Origin: Octopus vulgaris
Taxonomy: Eukaryota
Direction of reading: 5' to 3'
Assembly: GCA_951406725.2 (NCBI GenBank)
Contig: OX597816.1
Span: 49,600,001 to 49,664,000 of the forward strand
DNA: 64,000 bases
The notes under the pieces were generated by a model, which saw nothing but the letters and a program-made list of their open reading frames with translations, ran no database searches and was not told the DNA's origin. A program made the translations under genes and the position numbers. Positions 53,407-64,000 of this stretch are shown in pieces. Each line of letters begins with the position of its first letter. Within the stretch, counting starts at the first letter, position 1.

Positions 53407-56400
53407 CTTAGTAAAATTCCATAACATAGATGTTGTTAACTTGTAGACAGATTAAGCTGGCAGAATCGTTAGCATGTCAGGGAAGCAGCCTGGTGATATT
53501 TCGTCCGTCTTTATGTTCTAAGTACAAATTCCGGTGGAGTTCAGTTTTGTCTTTCATCATTTGAGGGACGATAAAATAAGTACCAGTTGAACGCTGGGGT
53601 CGAAGTGACTTATCCCCTCCTCTCGAAAATACTGTCCTTGTGACAAAATTTAAAAACAAGGCTCTCAGAAATGCATTCTATTATTATAATTTTTGCAATT
53701 TATACAACACTCATTTTGAAGTCACTTCTTTCTGAACTATATTTCTTTAGTGCTCATAAAAATATCCTAATAAATATCCCGTGAGCGTTTCCCCCAAGAA
53801 ACATAGATGATAATTATAATCCCAATAATGTATCAGTTATTGCTACAGTTATTTAACTTATTTCTATAATTACTTCATGAATAATTTCGCTGTATCTTAT
53901 CCTGCTGATTAATTAGGTTGGGTTCTAAGATGAAAGAAATTGAATCATCATGTTAAAAGGCATATTGAATATTAGTTTCAAATTTTTGGCACCCTGCCAG
54001 CAATTTTGAAGGAAGGATTAAGTCGATCACATCGAGTCTAGTTTCCAACTGGTACTTATTTTATCGATCTCGGAAGAATAAAAAGTAAAGTAGACCTCGC
54101 TGGAGTTTGAACTCAGAGAATATTAAAAAAAAACGAATAAAATGCCATTAAAACATTTTTCCCTAACGGTTTTGCCAGCTCTCCGATTTGAAAGAAAAAC
54201 ATTTAGAGAATATTAATATATCATATTATTTAAATCTTATTATGTAAAATTAATTATTGGTAAGATTTAACTTTATGCACTTAATACCACTCACATGAAT
54301 AATTACAAATCAGCTAAACTTAGATTTGTATTTGTGTACTAAATATATACACGTAAAATATTAGCAATTGCCACACTTATAATTACTTTAAAATTAATAA
54401 TAAAATCAATAATTAACAAATTTGTTTTTCATTTTCTTGAATGTACATATTAGAATTATTTTTACATACATTATATCAAACGCATTTATAAAAGCAATTA
54501 TTTTCCAACTAAAGTATGTCCGAAACATTTAACACCCACCCCCACCCCACAATTACACGCACACACTCTCACACACACATGCTCATGTATATCATATGTG
54601 GAGAATCACACATACAGATACGTGTTCCAACAATAAATAAACATAATAATATATAAATTAAGACCTTCCTTTGCATTGGCACTTATTCCGATGAAACTAA
54701 AATATCATCTCAAAGACTCTCAATAAGATTTATTAACATGTTACGGTATATCAATTATTATTAGTAGTAACTCTTAGCGTCTTTTGGAGTTTTGTACATA
54801 TTTCAGTGTAAACTAAGAACAGTAAACCTTCATTTTAACCATGGCAAATAACAATTTCATTTTTAGCATTACATCACAGTTCATTGTACCAAATTCTCGC
54901 CATTTATCCCCATTATTAATTTCATCACAACAAAATACACGAATTTATACAGGTCTCTATTTAGCGCTGGCTCCTCCTATTCCATTTACGCCGAATCGCT
55001 GAATAGCGCTACCCGTCCTAGAACAATGAAGTTTATATTGCAAGTGGGACAGGTCTCTCGCGTCGGCATGCATCGTCTGAATTTCTGGACTCAGCTTCAG
55101 AATAGGAGATAGCAACTTCGAAATGCAAGCGTCCCGCAGTCTAGATAGGTACGCTGTGAACTGACTTTATGTATTTACACCTATCTGTTTAGAGCGAGGA
55201 ATATTCTCTACAACGAATAACACTGAATGTCTTTCTTACAGCTCCAGATATACATGAGGCATATTTGAATCGGTAACAAGAGTGTATTTATACACATCAC
55301 TGTTTTCACAGTTTAATGTACACAGCATGTTGTTATGTGCTACAAATTCTTTCATACGTTGGAGACATTGTCTAGGCAGGGTTCTATATCACGCCTAGTG
55401 TCTCCAAGTAATCTTGAGCTTCTAATCCCATGGCCTATAGAACTTATAAATTAAGACGATAACTTCCATAGACCATGCACTCAGAGCATGAAGGATAGTT
55501 GAGGCCAGTAGGCATGTTATTAAAACCCACTTTGACCGACCATGTCTCATCTTATGAAACTATTAGTAGCTCTTACCTACGTACCATTTACATTAAACGA
55601 TAGTTATCTCTCACCAGATTGAGTACATTTTGGTGATGCAGTTTTGCACCAATGACGTCGCAACTCATTTCGAAAGCTTAGTAAACTAGAGTAACGGAAA
55701 ATAAAGTGCCTTGCTCAAGAACACAACACATTGCCTATCCGAGAATAGAACTCACACTTTACGATTGTAATCTCGACGCTCTAACCACTGAGCCATGTGT
55801 CATCTCTATAATGTAGACAGCAGTGCTTACATTTGACATAGTTTATAGCACTCACTTCTACTATTTGAACTTAAAAGACACAATATCCGAGTCTACAAAC
55901 CTACTGGAAAAACTCCAGTCCATTCCCACAGATATATTTCAATGATATAGAGGCCACTTTCCCAGACTAGTTCAGAAATAAGCGACCCTACCCCGTTCAT
56001 GTTTGGCTGATAGATATGGCATATAACTAGGTAGCCATAACATAACAGGTTATGTTTTTTCAATACTTAACGACAATCCATTAGGAGAGAAACAAAGATA
56101 TAATTTCAACGTGCATGATATGCTTAGTTATGAATCATTCAGATTAGGAACTTACAGTCGAAAACTTATAATTTTTCAAGCTTACGCTATTGTCAGAAGA
56201 AGCAAGTTCACCTACCAACTCTCTCCTTCTGTACTCAATATATATATATATATATATATACACATGAGGCGTGTATGCGTGTGTCACTGTGCGTACTAAG
56301 AAATTTATTTGTGAGCTATATTCACTACAAGAGGTATTGCATACATTTCCATTCTTCGTTCAACTCTCCCTCTGTATGTTTGTTTGTGTCTCTCTCTTTC

Positions 56401-57174
56401 TGTCTGTCTGTCTGTCTCTCTGTTTCTCTCTCCGTGTCTCTCTCTCTCTCTCCCTATCTATCTATCTATACAATACCATAGAGAGATTGATAGACAGATG
56501 GACTACAAGTGGTCAGTTTACGTTTTAAGTTTACATACGTAATTTGCATATCGAATTTTACACGTAAGGAAAAACAGTATAAATTTATACAAACATTTTT
56601 TTTTTCAATACAAAATAAATGAGTGGCGAAACATATATTTATTCGGAAAAGTATACAAATAATATATAAATCTATTCATGCATATACGCAACTAATTAGT
56701 TATATATAATTAATTGATGCTGAGATAGAAATTTTTTTCTTTGCAGACATTCATTCATATTCATTGTTCCTTTACACTTACACTCATATCTTGCAATTTT
56801 TCAGCTTTCATGCAAAAGCGATAGATATATAATATATCAGATACATGCATATATACTTTCATTCTCTTATACATATATACATGCAGATATACATAGATAA
56901 ACATAAATATCTAGATGTATACATATGTATATTTATATCTATGGTTACATATATATGCACATATATTTATATATAAATATGTATGCATATACTTAGGTGT
57001 GTGCGTGTGTAAATATACATATACTCATTTATGTTAAAGTCAGAATTAGAATGTTATATTTATATATATATATATATATTTATATATACACATGAATATA
57101 TTATATGTGTATATTTACTTCTATCTACACATATGCATGTATGTGTGTATGTATGTAGATATATACATATATGC

Positions 57175-57225
<51 letters not shown>

Positions 57226-57242
57226 CATACATATGTACAAAC

Positions 57243-57320
<78 letters not shown>

Positions 57321-57613
57321 GTATGTATCGTGACCTGGGAGTCTACTTACCAGTGCAGTCATTCAAAGATGTATTCATGCACACTTGCAGAAAAAAGAAC
57401 ACGCATTGTACATGCGTGAGTATATACACTCAAACTTAGATAATATGTTAAGATATCATTGCAGCTATTGATAGTGTTGAAAATGTGCTCATATCTTAAG
57501 TAAAAAAGAGTAACACATTTTTACTAAGCATAGCATACTTGCTCTCGTTGAAGAATTACTAAGTTTGTTTTAAGTGTTAATAATTGAAGTTCTTGCAGAA
57601 TATCTTGTAAATA

Positions 57614-58173
57614 CTACGAGTTAGCATTTAAATTTACATCGGGCTTTCGTAATGGCTCGATAACCAATATAACAAGTGATGATAGAAAAGAACCAATAAG
57701 GAAAATCCAAAACAAGAAACGGTCCATGACAAGAGCAACGAGCTGCCACTCCAAGACTACTTCCTCGTGGTCATCTGCTTCCTGCCGCGAAACCAAAATT
57801 TTCAAATGTCTTGTGATTTTTTCTCCACCGTGCCCATGGCTAGTGCTTCCTCCACTCTTATCTGTTGTCAAAGCGTTACTAGGAGCAAGCGTTCCGTTGC
57901 AATTCGCTGGATCACTGGGGCATGTACTATCCACATATGTTGTCAAACACATGTCTTCTTTCGGGATATCATCTGTCAGTGCATACCTCCGCCAAGGTTC
58001 GCGCCGGCCGTGTGTTGAGATGCACACAAGTCGTGCGAGAAAATTGAAACTCAGTAACTTCAACCATCTGGCCACGGGCTTTTGCTGTGGCCCAACGTGA
58101 TGGAGTTGAAGTACAAATACAGTCAGAATTATTGACAACGACGTCATACCCATTGTCACCGTCAAGTAGATGC
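57614..58173 (-). CDS. Terminal coding exon of a nicotinic acetylcholine receptor-like (Cys-loop pLGIC) subunit: M3, intracellular loop, M4, stop
   Basis: Reads (G)IYLTVTMGMTSLSIILTVFVLQLHH (M3), then PQQKPVARWLKLLSFNFLARL (MX helix), then WQLVALVMDRFLFWIFLIGSFLSSLVIL (MA/M4 with the W..VA.V.DR motif). A pyrimidine-rich acceptor ttttgtatatttgcag lies just upstream (AG at 58175-58174, phase 1). TAG stop at 57616-57614. No earlier exon recognised in 58174-64000. Confidence 0.93.
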
Positions 58174-58444
58174 CTGCAAATATACAAAAAAGAAATATCT
58201 TATATTAGATATTCAATTAAACGGAAGATATGAACGAAACAATCATATTTATACCTATATGGCAAAACTTCATACACACACGCAATCACACACACGCGCA
58301 CATGAATCTGAAATCTTCCAAATAATAGCAGCAACATTATACTCAATATAGAACATTTTACAATTCGTTATCAACACTTAATACTTACCTCCATAATATT
58401 CTAGTTTAGATACGTACAATTAAATAAATTTAAAATAGTTTCTG

Positions 58445-58498
<54 letters not shown>

Positions 58499-58847
58499 GT
58501 GTACCGTCATCTTCGGCATATATGCCTTAGGAAAGAAATTTTGTCTCCTATTGATATTAGAGCGCCGTCCAATCTACTTCTTCCAATGCTTTTCTTACAC
58601 TAATACATCGCAGGGTTGGAACAGAAGTCATATTAAAAACAATAGAATTGAACAGAAACAATCTCAACCATTTTCTATTGTTGCCCAAACATCATGAACG
58701 TTTCGGCACACAGTAAAAGCACACAAAGGAAGAAAATTGTTTCTACAGATTTCGTAATGGAAGAAATGTATAAATATAAATCCATCTGTATGTCTGCCGT
58801 TTAGTTATATATATATACATATATTTATGTGTGTGTGTGTGCGCCTC

Positions 58848-58933
<86 letters not shown>

Positions 58934-59019
58934 CATCCATGTATCTAACTATCTGTCTATCTGTCTTTGACGCTCTGTCTGTCTGTCTCTCGCTCTCTCT
59001 CTTTCTCTTTCTCTCTCTC

Positions 59020-59059
<40 letters not shown>

Positions 59060-61580
59060 CAAAAATGCTAGTGCTAAAAAAACTCTAAGATATGAACGCA
59101 GTACTTGTACTAACATGTATTATTCGTAGGTACTTCAAACAGACTATACTACGATTTTTTAACACAAAGAGGACACCTCCAGTATCTGGTTAACGATGCA
59201 GTTATATATATATTGTCAATTCAGTTAAACAGATAAAAAACGAAATGAAGAAACACAACAAATGTGAGGATGTGCACAAGAAGTATATTAGTTTGGCGCT
59301 CGATGAGAGGAGAGAAGCAAAAATAAGTAAAAATGAGAAAACGCCCCTTAAACCGTTCCCATCACGAAATGAGACAAATAACCAAGAAATCAGACAACGT
59401 TTTCGCATAGATATTGATTACTGTCACTAATGTCTAGGGGTTAATGACGATAATATATTAAGATTAGCGGGAATATTTAAACTTTTGAGGCTGTCAACGC
59501 TTTCTCTCCATAGATACAGACAGACATAACGTGAGAGAGGTGGTTAGAAAAAAGATTGGCAGAGAGACGAAGCTGTCAAACCTCGTTACAGAGAGAAATT
59601 GGAGGGAAGGAAGGAAAGAGAGAGATGGAGGCAGACGGGCAGATATGCGAAAGGGAGAAACGACAAACACTTGTCAAAGTGTGGGTTTTGTTGCCCTAGT
59701 AACCAGAGCTTTTAAGATAGGGATTTCTAACCTAGCCCACTCACTTCCTTGCCTCTTTTTCCATGCTCATGTCAATTTTGGAGCTAATCCGACCCCATCT
59801 AGTGCCCCTTAACCCGTTCCAATCGCAAAATGAGACAAAAAAAAAACTTTTCGCATTTCACCTTTATAGATATTGATGATGATAGGGAAAACGTTTGCTT
59901 ACTGAAGTTTAATTACATATTCTTATAGCTTGACCACTACATAGAAGCTTTATGAAGTGATTGTGTGAATTATTTGAGAGCTTCATTGTCAGTAAAAGTT
60001 TTGAAAAATAGTGTCTATTAATTAGATTCTGTTCAAAATTCCTACACTAGTAACTATATGTTTTATGCTTAGAGAAGAGCTCAAACGCTCCTATGAAATC
60101 CCCGCAATCTCTTACTAAAATGTATATATACAGAACTGACAGCTAAAATTTCCATGTTGTGAAACTGAAAATAACCCATTGATGAAAATATAGTGAAAGT
60201 GACACTGGGTATAATGATAATTACTCTTGCTTGAGCAAAGATCACGCTGAACGGAATCATATTTAGTAGCTAGAAAAATAACAACCATAAATTTCCAGGA
60301 AGAATAAACAAGCTATAATCCAAATATGTGTGTATAGGAATATGATATAAATTGAAGTTTATTTGAGGAAAGTAATCATAAAGTATTAATAGAATCTGGC
60401 AGTGTTTACTGTATGTGGAACATTACAAATGAATGACAAAAAATTAATTCTGACAATGCGAAGAATGAGATATCTTTAAAAATGCTAGAAGTTCAAAAAG
60501 CAAGATGATTCTGACTTTAAATCTGCATTAGAAAATAGCGTAGTCTAATTATACTGTAGGAAGTAGAAAGTTATATCCCATTTTGTAATATTTGCAACAC
60601 GAATGCATATGACGTAAAAGTCTGCCTTCAATATCACGTTAAAAGGTTAAAGGTTATTGTTTCTAGTTATTATTTAACTTGTTTTTTTCAATTAAATCTG
60701 TTATTTAAAGATGTAGGGTAAAAAATCTCATATACAAATATGTTCATTACAATTATAATTATATAAAACATACATACATACATTCGCACCCATTATCACA
60801 TATATAGGAGAAATAAATTAATGACCACGCACACAGTTACACACACACAAATGCACCCATATATACACATGAGTTAACCTTACTAGATTAAGTATTTTCA
60901 CAAAAAAATGAGACATCGTGATATGGTCTCAAGACTCTTTGAATGTGAACAGAAAAAGAGATCCATCTCTTTAATTTCAAAGCCTATTAAGAGCGTACTG
61001 GAGTTTGATGAAGCATTTTATTTCTTCAAATAGAATAATATATACAACTATTTGCATAATACAGAAAAGCAAAAAATTAAATTGGCTACTATGTTCTACA
61101 TCGAAATGCAAGCGTTTGAATCCTTTAAGAAATATCAAAAATAAAAACCCGGACGTGTATTACAAGAAAATCACGTATTTTCCTGTAATTATTAAACTCT
61201 GTTGGTTGAAAACGTGTTTTTACTGAGTGGACAAAAAGAGAAATCGACCCGAAATGTTTCATCAAAGACAATCATGTGTTTCTCAAAGTGGAACAGTAAA
61301 TTATAATAGCGTTTAAAATTTCATTTATTTAATGTAATCATAAAAGATTACATGATAATATACAATTCACCATCATCGGATGAATTTCTAAACAGGTAAG
61401 AATTTATACAGGTAAGATTTGAAATATGGACCTGCACATGGCCAGAAGTAAATTGTACGTACTCTACAGCAAGGACCCTCCCGTAGGTCAGATCTAATGT
61501 TTAAATTGAGTTGGGTATTGGGATATCAACGACATCGTGTGTGTCTGTGTGTGTGTGAATATTCACCCACACTTACCGCT

Positions 61581-61633
<53 letters not shown>

Positions 61634-61651
61634 TATATATGTATATATATG

Positions 61652-61684
<33 letters not shown>

Positions 61685-61790
61685 GAATATATATATGTAT
61701 ATATATATATATATGTATATAGACATATATACATATATATGTATATATACATATATATATAATACATATATATATATATACATATATATG

Positions 61791-61874
<84 letters not shown>

Positions 61875-63936
61875 CAGAGAGAGAGAGTGAAAAAGAGAGA
61901 GAGAATGTGAGAGAGATAGAGAGTGAAGACGTCTTCCACATAGTTTCTATGTACTAACTTTACCGATAACATATTGTTTGGCCAGTGGCTATCATTGTAG
62001 TCACTTATCTAGGTTTTTTCCCTGTGGGACTGAACAAAAAATCCCTTGCTTGAATATCGGACTTAATCATTACACAAGTATTCAATCTAGAAGAGTAGTG
62101 TTCACTGTGTAAGCATATAAACTAAAAATACAATTTTTGAAATAACGCATTTCTGGTAATTTACTGGACACGTCGCAAATATATATAATACGGACAGAGA
62201 AATATAGACAGATATGTAGAATTTCAACATACATAATGATAAATATAATCTAAAATTGCATTACATAAAACTAAATTTAAAATAAAATGGTTACCTTTTG
62301 CAAACGCTGTAAAGTGTTTTAAATTATCGAAAGAATTTACAATAATTTAAGGGCTTTCAATCAGTTTATTTCCTTTATTTTTACTTCTATGCCCTTTGGT
62401 AGTATGATCAATAAAAACTAATTTTCTATAGAAAGATATAAGCACGGATGAATAAAACAGTTTTCAGTTTTGCAATGTTACAGATGATTGCGCCCTAATG
62501 CAATCCGGCGTACGGCGCCCTAATGGAATCCGACGTACCGCAACCAAATTTTCCTAACGAAATATCTTTGTTTACTAAATATGCATAACGTATTAGCAGT
62601 ACTTTATTTTTATGAAAGTACCGTGTATATTTTGTGCAGGTGCGTTTTTCATATTGCATTTTCAATTTAAGCCTCACTTCAGTTACTTTAGTCATATGTA
62701 TTTTAACAGAAAATATGTATATATAATTTAGAAATAATTATTATTGATGCTCTGAAGCACAACCTGAACGAAAGTTTTGGTTTAAAATATAATTTATACA
62801 TTTTGGTGATATATTCAAAGCAAAACGTATGCTAATGTATAGCGAACTGTAATATATCTAAGGACGGGAAATGCTGCGCTAATAGCGTATATCTATTTTC
62901 AAGGCGATATTTCTGGTAAAAAAACAACAACAGTATATACCAAGAAGGATATAATTATATTTCAAATGAAATATATTGATCGAAAACGCATCTTTGTGAA
63001 CAATAACACATCTGTCATGCTTAAAATATCTTTTTGTCAATCTATGAAATGATTTTTAGTAAGTGTTAAATGTTTTGTTTTTTTTCCCTTTACGTTTGAA
63101 AATATCTCTCTTGAGGAGAACTAGGATTCAAAACCTGTTACCGAGCAACGCATATCAGAAGAAATACTGTTTCTGATTTTGGTAAAAGATAACAAGCATA
63201 ATAATAATCAAATAATAATGATACACTCAAATACAAACTTACAGTTTTAATACAATCCATAAGTGAATAAAGAAAACGTTCTAACGAAATATGAGAAACT
63301 TATGTAAAATATGTTGTCAAAATTTACATCCTCTACAGCATAACATATTCATGAGTACTACTGCTACATTATGACGTTCAATCACAATTTCATTATGTAT
63401 TTCTATCAAACTGAACCATTGGAAATAACATGGCGTAACTACAAACTTACAGCGATGAGTGAACAGTCCTAGCCACTAATTCACGCATCTTACGCTTCAG
63501 TATATGGTAGCACTCAATAGATGTGTCTGGCAGACTTTAACCTTTACAAATGCTAGAATGAGCATATACTCAGGTTGCTGAATAAGCAAGGAGAACTAGA
63601 TAAGTATTTAGGAAAACAGTAAAAGGATAATTATTAAGAATAATGGTATTTGTTACAGCACATTTACTTAGGAGTAATTATACACGAAATATTTATCTGT
63701 TGGCCATCTTTGTATGGAATTTGTGTGTGCGATAGACAACCTATTTTGGGAGAGAATTTAATGATTAAATGAAATTGTTCACACTTGATTTTCTGTAGGT
63801 TTAGAAATGAAGATTTTGTTGTTAAAAGTATTAACTTGACACATATGTATCACATTTATTGAATTTGGATCAATGCGATACAGTGTGTGACCAATATGTG
63901 TTTTTGAATTTCTGAATATACTAATCTCACAAACTA

Positions 63937-64000
63937 TTGGGTTGTCCGGAAAGTTCGTGCAGATTTTTAAAGGAAATAAAAAGTTCAATAAATACTTGCC
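63937..64000 (-). mobile_element. Right end of a second copy of the same mariner family, cut by the window edge, in the presumed receptor intron
   Basis: ta-ttgggttgtccggaaagttcgtgcagatttttaaagg...tcaataaatacttgcc is the reverse complement of about 17094-17156. Confidence 0.85.

Noticed and set aside
57726-58100. Plus-strand ORFs overlapping the receptor exon
   Set aside because: They are antisense shadows of the real coding exon.
58381-58392. Strong minus-strand donor gag|gtaagtat (also gtaagt near 63240 and 63450) as a candidate upstream receptor exon; also resembles the U1 5' end
   Set aside because: The adjacent sequence encodes no M1/M2-like peptide, and the U1 similarity stops after 10 nt.

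Overview
AT-rich, microsatellite-dense eukaryotic DNA. The SINE families and repeat content point to a coleoid cephalopod, probably Octopus (inferred). I found one host coding exon: the last exon (M3, intracellular loop, M4, stop) of a nicotinic acetylcholine receptor-like pentameric channel on the minus strand (57614-58173); I could not find its upstream exons in the window. There is one solitary full-length 5S rRNA copy (53289-53406, minus). The rest is layered mobile DNA: decayed R4/Dong-type LINEs sitting in (AAT)n tracts, Penelope-like remnants including an apparently intact type I hammerhead ribozyme (4225-4311), a full-length DD36E Tc1-like element, mariner derivatives and MITEs, a non-autonomous Helitron, a BEL/Pao fragment, a gag-like CCHC ORF1 remnant and many tRNA-derived SINEs. 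Most ORFs in the supplied track are microsatellite artefacts. I see no convincing new multi-gene system. The best leads are the hammerhead, the terminator-less 5S abutting a SINE, the DD36E element and an AAT-embedded non-coding retroposon.
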